DNA of 64,000 bases. Source: a virus (Duplodnaviria; Heunggongvirae; Uroviricota; Caudoviricetes). Location: IMG/VR virus record IMGVR_UViG_3300029288_007064, one strand, 5' to 3'. The notes below the pieces were generated by a model. The model did no database searches. It was not told the DNA's origin and worked only from the letters and a program-made list of their open reading frames with translations. Positions 18,508 through 28,578 of the stretch are shown here, piece by piece. The position numbers and the translations under genes are program-made. The stretch's first letter is position 1, and each line of letters begins with the position of its first letter.

Positions 18508-18632
18508 TTAATCGTCCTCTTCTTCAGCAACAAATATTTCCCTCGTAAATTTAAGTTGTCCAACCAAATTCTTTTCCTCTTCTGTCATTCCGTATTCCAT
18601 AGGTTTTCACCAAGAAATACCTTGAAACAAAC

Positions 18633-18652
18633 AATTTATAAACCTATGCTTT
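18633..18652 (-). promoter_or_regulatory. archaeal-type TATA-box-like promoter element (TTTATAAACCTATGCT)
   Basis: TTTATAAA at 18635-18642, 35 bp upstream of a tiny unlisted ORF (MEYGMTEEEK..., ATG at 18600) that is coupled to the 18307..18507 gene. Confidence 0.35.
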
Positions 18653-18898
18653 TCACATGTATCCAAGTTCTTGCTCTATTTCTCCGAACACCTTATTATA
18701 TTCTTTTTCATTTTTACGCATAATGTACGCTTCACGTAAAGATGCGATAATAAGACCAACACCTATGACGAAAAATACTATCCCAACACCAAGCTCAATG
18801 ATGCTTTCTGAGATTACAATTTGTTGATAACCCACTACTACAAAATACATCCACAATAAGCAATACATTACATAATCTCTCCATTTATCTCCTAGCAC
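18653..18898 (-). CDS. small membrane protein
   Basis: 81 aa with two TM helices. Confidence 0.35.
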   Translation of the reverse strand: MLGDKWRDYVMYCLLWMYFVVVGYQQIVISESIIELGVGIVFFVIGVGLIIASLREAYIMRKNEKEYNKVFGEIEQELGYM

Positions 18899-20004
18899 TT
18901 AATCACCTTCTTAAATTCAATTTCTGTTTGCTTTACATTATTCTCCCAAGAGTGTTCTGTTGCAACTTTGTTGTATCCATTTGTTCTTAATGTTTTCATC
19001 AATTTCTGATTATCTAATTTCTCAACTACTTCTATCAATGCCTTAATATTTTCTTCTCTTGGTTCTGATGGAATAAGCAAACCATTAACTTTATCTTCAA
19101 TAAGTTCCTTATTTGGTTCAATATCGCTTGCAATTACTGGAACCTTTTCTGAGAACGCTTCTAGTATTGAATGAGACATTCCTTCATATGAAGAGTTCAG
19201 AATAAATGCTTTAGAGCAAGTAAGAATATTCATAAGCATAGCATTAGACAACTTTCCAGCAATCCGGATGTTTTTATATGGTTTTGCTTGTGCTCGTAAT
19301 TCTTTTTCAAGTGGTCCATCTCCTATTATGAGTATTTCTCTTTTTGGCATTCGTGAAAATGCTTCAATAATTCTATCAAATCTTTTCCATGGGACATATC
19401 TTCCATAAGCAATACATTTATCAGACCCAATTGCATCGTTATTTGGAGCATGTATTGCATTGTTTATTGCAACAATCTTTTTATCCTCTATTCCATAACA
19501 TTCATGTATAATCCTCTTCAAATATTTACTCGGAGTTATTACCAGAGAGCAATACTTCAATACTTCTTTCTGTATTTTTATTATATGCGGATTTGCGTCT
19601 GGGTCTTTAAGAAATGGTTCAAGTTCCTTTTCACTCGTGTTTTCTCTTCTTGCTTTCTCCCATGCAGTATCGCCAGCATATCTTATTGCTACAGGAATTT
19701 TAAACATATTTCCAAACACAACACAATTGGAACCTATCGCTGCGATATCTAAACCATATATAAGGTCGCTATCTCTTGCATACTGAGAAAGAGCTTTTAC
19801 TATTCTCATACTATTCATTATTTCTCCTTGTCGTATTATACTGTACACTTCTAGTCCATATTTCTGTTTTGGATGTTCTTTACATAATGTAATGATTTTT
19901 ACTTCATGTCCTTTCTTCTTTAAACCTAATGCCAAAGGCACAACATATGTTGCTGGACCACCAATCTCCGGAGGGAATAGTGGTGTTACGATTGTTATTT
20001 TCAT
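18892..20004 (-). CDS. GT4-family glycosyltransferase
   Basis: 370 aa; GT-B architecture; C-terminal EGMSHSILEAFSEKVPVIASD EX7E-like motif. Confidence 0.8.
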   Translation of the reverse strand: MKITIVTPLFPPEIGGPATYVVPLALGLKKKGHEVKIITLCKEHPKQKYGLEVYSIIRQGEIMNSMRIVKALSQYARDSDLIYGLDIAAIGSNCVVFGNMFKIPVAIRYAGDTAWEKARRENTSEKELEPFLKDPDANPHIIKIQKEVLKYCSLVITPSKYLKRIIHECYGIEDKKIVAINNAIHAPNNDAIGSDKCIAYGRYVPWKRFDRIIEAFSRMPKREILIIGDGPLEKELRAQAKPYKNIRIAGKLSNAMLMNILTCSKAFILNSSYEGMSHSILEAFSEKVPVIASDIEPNKELIEDKVNGLLIPSEPREENIKALIEVVEKLDNQKLMKTLRTNGYNKVATEHSWENNVKQTEIEFKKVIKC

Positions 20005-21506
20005 GGCTTAATCACCTGACCATTTTGGTCATATGAACACTTTTTCATTTTCTTAGTTCTCCCTTTCAAATATTTATTCGCGATAATGTATTCAATAGGG
20101 AAGTCAAAGTATTTAAATTTCCACCTTAGTTTTGAAGCTGTTATGAACAATCTCTTAAACAGATTATTCACTTTTATTCCTCCTTCCATTAGTCTTGTCT
20201 CTGGTGTAAGTGCAAAGTTCATGTATGCCCAAATTGCTTCAACAAAGTCTGGCTCATTCACCCATGGAAGTTTTGTTACTGAAATGTAGCTCCATTCTGT
20301 TTCCATTAAGTCAGACCATGCTTGCAAACTATCCGGTGCTTTCCATCCAAACGCTTCACATTCGTTATCCAAAGGACTTCCTGGATATGGACGGTAAGGT
20401 TGTGGTCCAATAAATTCAGCGTTAGGATTGGCTTCATAGAGCCTTGCAAACGCATCTATGGTTAGGAGCATATCTTCCTTTGTTTCATTAGGAAGACCTA
20501 TCATGAATGAATACTCAGGAGTGATTCCGAACTCCTTGGATTTCTTTGCCGATAAAACCAACTGGTCTGTACTTACATCTTTTTTAATCATACGCAATAT
20601 TCTTGGCGAACCGCTTTCTGCCCCAAAGCAGAACTTGTAACACCCAGAATCTTTTATCAACTGTAAGTATTCATCTGTTATAACTTTTGTGAAGTAATCA
20701 CCACGTACAGTCGTCTCCCATTCTACTTTTAATCCTCTGTCTATAATTCCTTGCATTATTTCTTTGGAGCGTTTTGGGTTATTAAAGAAGTTTTCATCCC
20801 AAAACCTTATCTTTCTTCCAGGATATTTCTTTGCAACCTGTTCAAGTTCATCAAGCACTCTCTTAGGAGACATTCCTCTCCAGCCACATCCGGTTATTGG
20901 ATTGATGCAATAAGCACATCTATGTGAGCACCCTCTGCTTGTATGTGAAGGCAATAACTTAATTTTATTCATTACTTCTTTATTTAGCAAGTCATAATTT
21001 ATGTATGGTGCTTTGTCCATATTAATGTAAGGTCTTCTAGGAGTGTGAATTACTTTACCATCTTTTTTAAATGTCAATCCTAATATTTTATCCAAACTTT
21101 TACTTTCACTTAAAGCTTTAGTTAATTCTACGCATGTTACTTCTCCTTCGTCTCTTACAACAATATCAACACGAGAGTCTATTACAGTTTGTGCTGGAAA
21201 TAAAGTTGGATGTGGACCACCCCAAACAATTGGAACTTCTGGTGCAAACTTCTTTATGTATTCGCTTAAAAATAATGCATGCGGTATCTGCACAGTCATT
21301 ACTGATAAGCCAATCCAAGTACAATTTTCTATCTCTTTTTTTATTTCTACTAGATGTTCTTTTGTAGTAAGACAATCAATAATTTTAACATCTATTCCTG
21401 CTTCCTTTAATGCCGAACCAACATATGCTATTCCTATCGGTATGCTTGTTGCATTACTATCAAATTCCAATCCGCTAAACACAGGATTAATCAATAACAC
21501 TTTCAC
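20001..21506 (-). CDS. B12-binding-domain radical SAM enzyme (class B)
   Basis: 501 aa. N-terminal Rossmann-like B12-binding domain (MKVLLINPVFS...IIDC...VWGGPHPT), then a CxxxCxxC cluster (SRGCSHRCAYCINP). Confidence 0.85.
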   Translation of the reverse strand: MKVLLINPVFSGLEFDSNATSIPIGIAYVGSALKEAGIDVKIIDCLTTKEHLVEIKKEIENCTWIGLSVMTVQIPHALFLSEYIKKFAPEVPIVWGGPHPTLFPAQTVIDSRVDIVVRDEGEVTCVELTKALSESKSLDKILGLTFKKDGKVIHTPRRPYINMDKAPYINYDLLNKEVMNKIKLLPSHTSRGCSHRCAYCINPITGCGWRGMSPKRVLDELEQVAKKYPGRKIRFWDENFFNNPKRSKEIMQGIIDRGLKVEWETTVRGDYFTKVITDEYLQLIKDSGCYKFCFGAESGSPRILRMIKKDVSTDQLVLSAKKSKEFGITPEYSFMIGLPNETKEDMLLTIDAFARLYEANPNAEFIGPQPYRPYPGSPLDNECEAFGWKAPDSLQAWSDLMETEWSYISVTKLPWVNEPDFVEAIWAYMNFALTPETRLMEGGIKVNNLFKRLFITASKLRWKFKYFDFPIEYIIANKYLKGRTKKMKKCSYDQNGQVIKP

Positions 21507-21925
21507 GATTTCTCTACCTCCTCTTTTACTAAAGCTAAATCCATTGCTACATCACGCATAAAATCTTCAAACTTTCTTGTTTCTAATTCTCCTTTTGCAC
21601 TTACGGGATTTATTACTAATGCTATTTGAACTTTGTAATATTTCTCCATCATATCTGCCAAGTCCTTCAAAAAAACTGCCGTTTTTATTTTGCTTTCTTC
21701 CATCTTACTATATGTATAATTCGTTTTGATATTGAACATACTTTCTAGTAAAAAGGCAGTTCTCCTTTTTTGGTCTGTGCTTAACTCTAAATCGACGCCA
21801 TTTAAAGATATATCAAGACTATCCGCCGGAATAATTACACATCCACAATTTCTTCCATACAAAGGTTCAAAATCAACCACATAATCATCGTGTCCTATTC
21901 TTATGCTAACAGATTCCGTATCCAT
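21503..21925 (-). CDS. hypothetical protein
   Basis: 140 aa; 4-nt overlap with the rSAM gene. Confidence 0.35.
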   Translation of the reverse strand: MDTESVSIRIGHDDYVVDFEPLYGRNCGCVIIPADSLDISLNGVDLELSTDQKRRTAFLLESMFNIKTNYTYSKMEESKIKTAVFLKDLADMMEKYYKVQIALVINPVSAKGELETRKFEDFMRDVAMDLALVKEEVEKS

Positions 21926-22384
21926 TTATTTCACCTTTTGAATATACTTTAACACATCATTATCCATATTAAACATTCCATCCACCGCCTTATCCGATAA
22001 CTTTCTCTTTTTATTTATTACAGAATAAACATAATTCTCTACATCACCTGATATAAGGTGTACGACCGTTTTTCTACGAGTGCTATCGAGCCTATGAATT
22101 CTATCTTCCACTTGCGATAGAACAGCAGGATTCCAAGGGAGTGTATAAACAATCAAAGTATCAAATTCATCCAAGTTCATTCCATACGATAATATCTTTG
22201 TAAAAATCATTATTACATTTTTGTCTGTGCTTTTTGCTAATTTAATTGCTTGCTCTCTATCTTCTTGTTCTGTATCACCAGATAATAGAATAATCTCCGT
22301 ATTCTCATATTTATCCTTTAGTTCATTATAAATTATATTAGCAACTGTCTTGAACTCAGAATAAATAGCAACTTTTTCACTCAT
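21926..22384 (-). CDS. SNF2-family ATPase, C-terminal helicase lobe (motifs IV-VI) as a separate ORF
   Basis: 152 aa. KVAIYSEF (motif IV-like), SYGMNL (motif V-like) and QVEDRIHRLDST (motif VI, QxxxRxxRxGQ-like). Confidence 0.7.
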   Translation of the reverse strand: MSEKVAIYSEFKTVANIIYNELKDKYENTEIILLSGDTEQEDREQAIKLAKSTDKNVIMIFTKILSYGMNLDEFDTLIVYTLPWNPAVLSQVEDRIHRLDSTRRKTVVHLISGDVENYVYSVINKKRKLSDKAVDGMFNMDNDVLKYIQKVK

Positions 22385-23669
22385 AGTTTTTCACCTTCTC
22401 CTTGAAACCTAATTCTTGCAAAATATCTTTTACTTCATCTATTTTTCCACTTCCTCCATCTATTTGTAAATTCTTCGCTATTTCGGATTTACTTTCTTTC
22501 AATGCCATAGGATGAGCAGCATTTATTCGGAGCAAAGCGAATAAGCCAAATGTATTTGTAGTGTTGTTATTTATTCCCTTTACTAGAGTTTTTAATTGAT
22601 ATTCAATCGATTCTTGACACTTTGTCAGAGGAATTTTTCTTACTTCATAATTCTTTGGAAGTAAATCTGTTACTTCTTCTTTTGTTCTTCTTATGAAATA
22701 AGGCAAAGCCTCTTTTCTAAATTCTTCTATACCTTTAAAGCCAACAATCTTTCTATAATCTCTTCCATTAACTTCTATAAAATCCCAAACACAATATTCA
22801 CCGTAAAATTTGTTTTTTGACATCCAATTTGGCTTTACTATGTTAAGTATGTTATGGAAATCCGATAACGAATTTTCAAGAGGAGTTCCTGTAAGTAATA
22901 ATACATCGCTTGCTTCCTTTCTTGCACGTTCCATTGTGAAATAAAGCAAACTCTTTGACGATTTGCATCGACTAATTTCATCGCCAATTATAAAGTAGTT
23001 GCTTAGATTTGGCTTATCATTCCTAAGTGTTTCATAACTAACAATGCTCCATTTCTTGTCGTTATTCCATAGTTCCGCCCTCTTCTTCTTTTGACCTTCA
23101 ATAATCTGAATTTCATCCGAAACTTCTGGGAGCCATTTTTCTATTTCTTGTTTCCATTGCAATTTAAGAGAATTTGGACACGTAATAAGTATTTTTTCAT
23201 TAAAAATTCTATTTCTAATATCTGCAAGATGTATTGCTTGAGTCGATTTTCCTAATCCCATCTCGTCTGCGATAAGAAACGAACCAGTTTTTATTGCTTG
23301 CCTTATTCCTTCTTTTTGAAAATCTTTTAGTTGACTTCCTGTATATAATTGATTAAATAACGCAAGTGCTTTTAAATACTTTTCCTTCTTTTCTTGTGCG
23401 TTTTTAACGAATAAGGACGCCTTGGCAGACAAAATAGGGCTAAAGATAAGGAGCTTTCGCTGAATGTCCTCGAAATCGTTATTCTCTAATGGAATTATCC
23501 ACGCTCCTTTTCCAGATTTGGTAATTATTGATGGATTCCAAATTGCCCTTGTAAAGTTTTCCTTAATAACTTTTATGATATTCGGATTGTAAGGTGTAAT
23601 AACCATTGCATATTCATTTTCTATATCGAGTTCTACAACCATGCTTATTCCACCTTTTCCCTCCTCCAT
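22377..23669 (-). CDS. SNF2-family ATPase, N-terminal lobe (motifs I-III) as a separate ORF
   Basis: 430 aa. LKDFQKEGIRQ (Q motif), LIADEMGLGKSTQAI (Walker A) and IIGDEISRCKS (DExx box). Stop overlaps the ATG of the C-lobe ORF. Confidence 0.75.
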   Translation of the reverse strand: MEEGKGGISMVVELDIENEYAMVITPYNPNIIKVIKENFTRAIWNPSIITKSGKGAWIIPLENNDFEDIQRKLLIFSPILSAKASLFVKNAQEKKEKYLKALALFNQLYTGSQLKDFQKEGIRQAIKTGSFLIADEMGLGKSTQAIHLADIRNRIFNEKILITCPNSLKLQWKQEIEKWLPEVSDEIQIIEGQKKKRAELWNNDKKWSIVSYETLRNDKPNLSNYFIIGDEISRCKSSKSLLYFTMERARKEASDVLLLTGTPLENSLSDFHNILNIVKPNWMSKNKFYGEYCVWDFIEVNGRDYRKIVGFKGIEEFRKEALPYFIRRTKEEVTDLLPKNYEVRKIPLTKCQESIEYQLKTLVKGINNNTTNTFGLFALLRINAAHPMALKESKSEIAKNLQIDGGSGKIDEVKDILQELGFKEKVKNYE

Positions 23670-23854
23670 ATTTCACCGCACTTTGTGCAAAGCAAAATAA
23701 ATTGGTCTTGATATTTGATTTTTGCCATGACTTCCTTTCCTTTTATCTTGCAATCACATTCAACTTCAGGGTCTTCCTTTGCAAATACCGTTTCATCTTC
23801 TATTTTGGTTATTTTGTCTTCATCTGGTATTGTTTCTTCATCCATATATATCAC
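23645..23854 (-). CDS. zinc-ribbon protein
   Basis: 69 aa; CDC...CTKCG. Confidence 0.35.
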   Translation of the reverse strand: MIYMDEETIPDEDKITKIEDETVFAKEDPEVECDCKIKGKEVMAKIKYQDQFILLCTKCGEIWRREKVE

Positions 23855-23855
23855 C

Positions 23856-24068
23856 TTAAATAAATGCTTTCAATTCTTCATCTACTTGCTTATCACATTT
23901 ATCTTTGCAATAAGCTAGTTTATATTCTTCACCACGTTTAATCTTTCCTTCTTTTTTCTTACACCGTGGACAAATTGTTGCCATCATATCACCCTGTACA
24001 TGCTTTATCATAAGGTCTTGACATAAACTCTTGTACATCTTCTTCGTATAAATATCTATCACACACAC
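23856..24068 (-). CDS. zinc-ribbon protein
   Basis: 70 aa; CPRC...C..C. Confidence 0.35.
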   Translation of the reverse strand: MCVIDIYTKKMYKSLCQDLMIKHVQGDMMATICPRCKKKEGKIKRGEEYKLAYCKDKCDKQVDEELKAFI

Positions 24069-24348
24069 CCATATAATCTCTGAATTTATTGTCTCTTCTT
24101 ATCATTTCGCGAGAGTGTTCATCTATTTTATATTCTAGATGTAATAACTCATGATAAACAGTTGCTACAAATCTATGATAATTTTTATCTTCAGCAACTA
24201 CAATTGTATTGTTTTGTAGTATTGCACAACCACGACCTATATGTGGACAGTATTGTTCAGTTGCTTCCCAATCCGGCACAACAATTATATGTGGTGTTGA
24301 ATTAAGTGTAAGGCAAAATGCTGCAAATGTCATACAAAATGTCCACAT
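23989..24348 (-). CDS. small secreted or membrane-anchored HExxH zinc-metallopeptidase-like protein
   Basis: 119 aa. Hydrophobic N-terminus (MWTFCMTFAAFCLTL) and HELLH motif (VYHELLHLEY). Overlaps the upstream ORF end, so the true start is uncertain. Confidence 0.4.
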   Translation of the reverse strand: MWTFCMTFAAFCLTLNSTPHIIVVPDWEATEQYCPHIGRGCAILQNNTIVVAEDKNYHRFVATVYHELLHLEYKIDEHSREMIRRDNKFRDYMGVCDRYLYEEDVQEFMSRPYDKACTG

Positions 24349-25368
24349 TTATTTTACCACCGCTTTTATTTCTTTAGACATATTCTTCATCAAGTTTTTT
24401 AATGAATGTTGTTTACGAACTCTCAATTTTAGTTCATCACCTATCCATCGTGCTTCATTTGGATGGTTTAATAACCATTGCATTTTCTTTGCTAAATCTT
24501 TTACATCTCCCTTTTCAAATATACATTCTTTTTCATAATCTCTCAGAATTTCATTAAATGCTTCATTGCATACGAGTACAGGTTTGCCAGAAGCCATCGC
24601 TTCTAGTGCAGTCTTATCTAAACTACCAGTTCTACTCGCCGAAACAAAAAATAAGCACTCTGAATACATTTTTGGCATCATTGTATTTGGAATACTCCCA
24701 AGCAATGCTACTTTCTTACAAATCTTTCTATCAAATATCAATTTTTGTAATTTAGCTAGAGTTTCTTTTTCTGGATAAGGGTCTTCTCCAGCAATTTCTA
24801 AATGAACTTTGTTTTTAAGTTTTGCAAATGCTTCAATAACTACGTCATTATCTTTGATTGGTGACAATCTTCCAGCACTAAAAATATACCATCCTTTTGA
24901 TGAATAAAATTTAGAACAATCTATTCCTTGACTTAATACGACTTTCTTTTTGCTTAGAACTCTAAATCCAGATTCAGTAGATGTAATAACTTTAGTAGCA
25001 ATCTTTTCTGCTATTTGTAATTCTTTAGTTATTGCACCATGAGCATGAAACATCACTATTGGTATTTCATAAAGTGCTGCCGAAGGGAATATTGCGATAA
25101 CGAACTCTGGACACATGTGAGTTAGTATTACAGTTGGTTGTATTTGTGAGACTCTTCTGTTTATTTGCCATGTCTTTGCGGATTTGCAACCTGAAATCTT
25201 ATGTAGTTTTACATTCTCTGGCATTTCCATACCTTTGCCTCTCATATAGAAAACATCTATCTGCTCGAAATGATGTGATAAAAGAATTACCCAATTGGCA
25301 AAGAAGCCAAGTAAGTCTCCATCTTCATCTATTTCTTGAGTAATTATCAGCAGTTTCATTTTATTCAC
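24349..25368 (-). CDS. GT4-family glycosyltransferase
   Basis: 339 aa; GT-B fold; C-terminal ALEAMASGKPVL motif. Confidence 0.75.
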   Translation of the reverse strand: MNKMKLLIITQEIDEDGDLLGFFANWVILLSHHFEQIDVFYMRGKGMEMPENVKLHKISGCKSAKTWQINRRVSQIQPTVILTHMCPEFVIAIFPSAALYEIPIVMFHAHGAITKELQIAEKIATKVITSTESGFRVLSKKKVVLSQGIDCSKFYSSKGWYIFSAGRLSPIKDNDVVIEAFAKLKNKVHLEIAGEDPYPEKETLAKLQKLIFDRKICKKVALLGSIPNTMMPKMYSECLFFVSASRTGSLDKTALEAMASGKPVLVCNEAFNEILRDYEKECIFEKGDVKDLAKKMQWLLNHPNEARWIGDELKLRVRKQHSLKNLMKNMSKEIKAVVK

Positions 25369-25506
25369 CCAAATAAATATTCCACCACTTTCAAAAGTAT
25401 ATAAAATCCAATAACTCCTATCATAACTCCTGCCAGTATTCCTCTATAGAATGAATCATTTGAAGAACCAAACTTACTTGCAATTTCTAATGCTCTCTTT
25501 TCTTTT

Positions 25507-26637
25507 TCATCCATTCATTTCACCCGCAATTAACTCAAACATTCTTCCTTTCATTTCTGATGTTTTCGTAATGTCATATTCCTTTATTGCTTTCTTTGCA
25601 TTATTAACTCTTATTTCTGTTGCTTCTTTATTTTCTGGAATTAGTACATTTAATATTGCATCTACAAGAGCATCTTCGTAATCGCCAGATACCATTGCTG
25701 TGTTTTCACTTATTATTGGATTAACTCTTCTTACAGCATTACTAACAACTACTGGAATACCATGTGCCATTGCCTCAATAACAACTAGTCCCCACCCTTC
25801 ATGCTTGGAAGGAAGAACCAAACAAGTCGCAGTATCATATTCACGATTTAAATCATTTTCATTAAGTCTTCCCAAGAAAGATACTTCATTTTGAACTTCT
25901 AATTGCTGACATAGATTTTCTAGGTTTTCTTCTTCTGGTCCTTCTCCTACTATTCTTAATTGATATTGATATCCTTCATCAATTAGTGTTGCAAATGCTT
26001 TGATAAGTAACTGAACATTCTTCTGAGGTACAAGTCTTCCTACAAACAGTATGGTGTTATCAGACCGTATTGACTTTACAACAGACTCTTTTATTTGAAT
26101 ATTTGTGCCTACGGGGATAAAGAAAACCTTATGAGGAGGAATACTCAACTTCAGCATATCGCTTAGTAGTTTTGGTGAAACAGTTCTAACTGCATCTGCT
26201 CTTTTGAGTAATTCCTTGCCAATGATATTTAGTATCCAATTATACCATCTTTCTTCTATCCATACTGGATTGTCAATCATTTCTGAATGCAAGTCAATTA
26301 CCAGCGGTATGCTTTTCTTTTCGAATAACCAGAAATACTTCTTTAGTATCCATCCAAGAAATCCTGTAAGGAAGGGGTCTTGGGTATTGAGGATGTGAAA
26401 GGACAGTTTCTTCAGTTCCCAAAACCCTTCCCACAGGAATAAAATGGGATTGTGTGATAAGCCAATATATTCTACGTTGTCTTCTTGCTTTGTTATTGGA
26501 TGCTGATTGCAAAGTGAGGTCATATATACATACTCATGATACGAGGAATAATATTTCATTCTATCGTGTAAATCACCTACAGGATTATCAGAGAATATGG
26601 AAGGGTCTCTTCCTATCATGAGTATGCGTGGTTTCAT
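25507..26637 (-). CDS. GT4-family glycosyltransferase
   Basis: 376 aa; HEGWGLVVIEAMAHGIPVVVS EX7E motif. Confidence 0.85.
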   Translation of the reverse strand: MKPRILMIGRDPSIFSDNPVGDLHDRMKYYSSYHEYVYMTSLCNQHPITKQEDNVEYIGLSHNPILFLWEGFWELKKLSFHILNTQDPFLTGFLGWILKKYFWLFEKKSIPLVIDLHSEMIDNPVWIEERWYNWILNIIGKELLKRADAVRTVSPKLLSDMLKLSIPPHKVFFIPVGTNIQIKESVVKSIRSDNTILFVGRLVPQKNVQLLIKAFATLIDEGYQYQLRIVGEGPEEENLENLCQQLEVQNEVSFLGRLNENDLNREYDTATCLVLPSKHEGWGLVVIEAMAHGIPVVVSNAVRRVNPIISENTAMVSGDYEDALVDAILNVLIPENKEATEIRVNNAKKAIKEYDITKTSEMKGRMFELIAGEMNG

Positions 26638-26673
26638 ATATTCACCTTATAAAAGAAAAATAAGAAAGGAGCT

Positions 26674-28098
26674 TTACCTCCTTCCTTTCTTTTTCTTAAA
26701 GTTTCTTTCTTCTGGCTGCTCCTCTGGTGTAGGCTCTTCTTCTGCAATTTCGTCTTCTATGGGCAGGTCTTCATCTGGTATGACTTCTTGCTTCTCTTCT
26801 GTTGGTGACTCTTTCCTTACAAACCCAAGCTGAGATGCAATTTTATTAATCATCTCCATGTTATTCTTTCCTGCAGCTTGTGCCATCTGGTTTAAAGCCA
26901 TCCCTTCCTCTGGACCCACGCTTATATCACCTAGCAATCCCTTGCTTACGAGATTTTTGGTTTGTCCTGTTATTATGTTGATGTGGGCATTATTCAAACC
27001 AACCTCATATGCCTTTGCATAAGCAATTTGCACTTCCTTACCTGCTTTAATCAGTTCAATGTTTGTTGCTGCATCATTGAACTTCCTTTGTGCATCTGCA
27101 AGTTTTGAAGTACCAGCGGCATCTGCTTCCTTCTTTGCCTGTATAATTCTTGCTTCAGATGTTCCTATTTGCTGCACTTTAGATGCTTCTCCTTCTGCTT
27201 CAAGTTTGAGTTTTTCTCTTGTCGCAGTTGCTCTTTGTACAGTTGCTTCCTTTTCAACTTCAGCAGACCCAACTTCAATCTTCCTCTTAGCTTCTATCTT
27301 TTTGATGTTTGCAAGTGCTTCTGCTTCTGCTTTTTTCTGCTCCTTTTCTTGCTCAGCAACTGCAATAGTTCTGTCTCTTTCAACTTGTCTCTTTTTCCAT
27401 TGCTCTTCTGTTTCTGCTTTTCTCATTTCAGCAGCTTGTGTTGCTTCTGCTTCAACAATTCTTGCTTCTTTGTCTTTGTTCGCAACTACAATTCTCTTTT
27501 CTGAATTAATTTCTGCAGCTCTTTTTGCTTCAATATCTGAAATTATAGTTGAACCAGCCATATCTTTAATGTCTTTGATTTCCAAATCAACCAGTTCTAG
27601 TCCCCATCTAGGAAATACCGTTGACACCTCTTTTGTTACGGCTTCATCCAGTTTGTTTCTATCCATATAAATTTCCAGAATAGTTTGCTTTGTTGATACT
27701 GTCCTTCCTACAGATTCCATGATAATTCTTAGGTCAGAGGCAACTTTTTCAATGCTTTCCTCATAATTCTCCTGAGCAGACGTAATGTCTGTTCTTTCTG
27801 CACAAAGCATTGGGTCTGAAATGTTTACGAAACAAGTTACATCGCAAGAAAACTTTGCCATGTTCTTGTCGTTTAACTTTACATCAGGTACCTCAACTCT
27901 AAGATTTGTAAGAGGAAGCTTGTGCAATTTTGTTACAAATGGAATAACCCAATAACTAGGTTTGAACCTTTCCCTGCAGCAAAATGCTTCTCTCTTATCA
28001 AACATTACCCTCACGTGCACTTCATTCGCTGGAACCACACGATACATCCCTAAAATACCACCTAAAAAGTTTATCGCTTGCATATCCTTCACCTTCAA
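26674..28098 (-). CDS. SPFH/band-7 (flotillin/YqiK-like) protein with long Glu/Ala/Lys-rich coiled-coil
   Basis: 474 aa. N-terminal membrane-associated SPFH domain, then an EA-rich repeat region (AEAEATQAAEMRKAETEE...) and an acidic C-terminus. Confidence 0.75.
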   Translation of the reverse strand: MKVKDMQAINFLGGILGMYRVVPANEVHVRVMFDKREAFCCRERFKPSYWVIPFVTKLHKLPLTNLRVEVPDVKLNDKNMAKFSCDVTCFVNISDPMLCAERTDITSAQENYEESIEKVASDLRIIMESVGRTVSTKQTILEIYMDRNKLDEAVTKEVSTVFPRWGLELVDLEIKDIKDMAGSTIISDIEAKRAAEINSEKRIVVANKDKEARIVEAEATQAAEMRKAETEEQWKKRQVERDRTIAVAEQEKEQKKAEAEALANIKKIEAKRKIEVGSAEVEKEATVQRATATREKLKLEAEGEASKVQQIGTSEARIIQAKKEADAAGTSKLADAQRKFNDAATNIELIKAGKEVQIAYAKAYEVGLNNAHINIITGQTKNLVSKGLLGDISVGPEEGMALNQMAQAAGKNNMEMINKIASQLGFVRKESPTEEKQEVIPDEDLPIEDEIAEEEPTPEEQPEERNFKKKKGRR

Positions 28099-28574
28099 TT
28101 ATCCACTTCACTTCCTATTACTGAATACCTATATATTTTTCCATCATCTGCCATAAAACTTAGACGTACTTCATCGTTATCTGTATCGTCTTCGTCTTCA
28201 TATTTGCAGATATACATTTTATTGAACATCCACATTTTCTTGAAGATTTCAACAAACAAGTCCCATTCACAGACACGAATACTACGAATACTATAATCGT
28301 CCATGCTAGATTCTTGTCCATTCCATTCTTCTATCAAACGGATGTTCTCCGTTTCCTTCAATACCAAGTTTGGTATATCTTCCTTTTGTATTTTCTTCTT
28401 AAGTTCTTTGTATTCATCTTCTATGTCCATACCTTCACCTTCTTCTTCATTATTTTCTTCTTCCTCCTCTTCTTCAGTCTCTTCTTCTTCTTTGGTCAAA
28501 AAAGAAAGAATTACTGATATCCCCATAAAAGCTGCAAAAATCCAAACTATATTTTGTGTAAACCATTCAATCAT
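28095..28574 (-). CDS. membrane protein with acidic linker, possible NfeD-like partner of the SPFH protein
   Basis: 159 aa. N-terminal TM helix, poly-Glu stretch, beta-rich C-terminus. 4-nt overlap with the SPFH gene. Confidence 0.3.
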   Translation of the reverse strand: MIEWFTQNIVWIFAAFMGISVILSFLTKEEEETEEEEEEENNEEEGEGMDIEDEYKELKKKIQKEDIPNLVLKETENIRLIEEWNGQESSMDDYSIRSIRVCEWDLFVEIFKKMWMFNKMYICKYEDEDDTDNDEVRLSFMADDGKIYRYSVIGSEVDN

Positions 28575-28578
28575 TTTA

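Noticed and set aside
27059-27670. 203-aa and 111-aa plus-strand ORFs inside the SPFH gene
   Set aside because: They lie antisense to the GAA/GCA-rich EA-repeat region of the flotillin-like gene and give a low-complexity Ser/Ala/Phe/Cys translation. Artefact.
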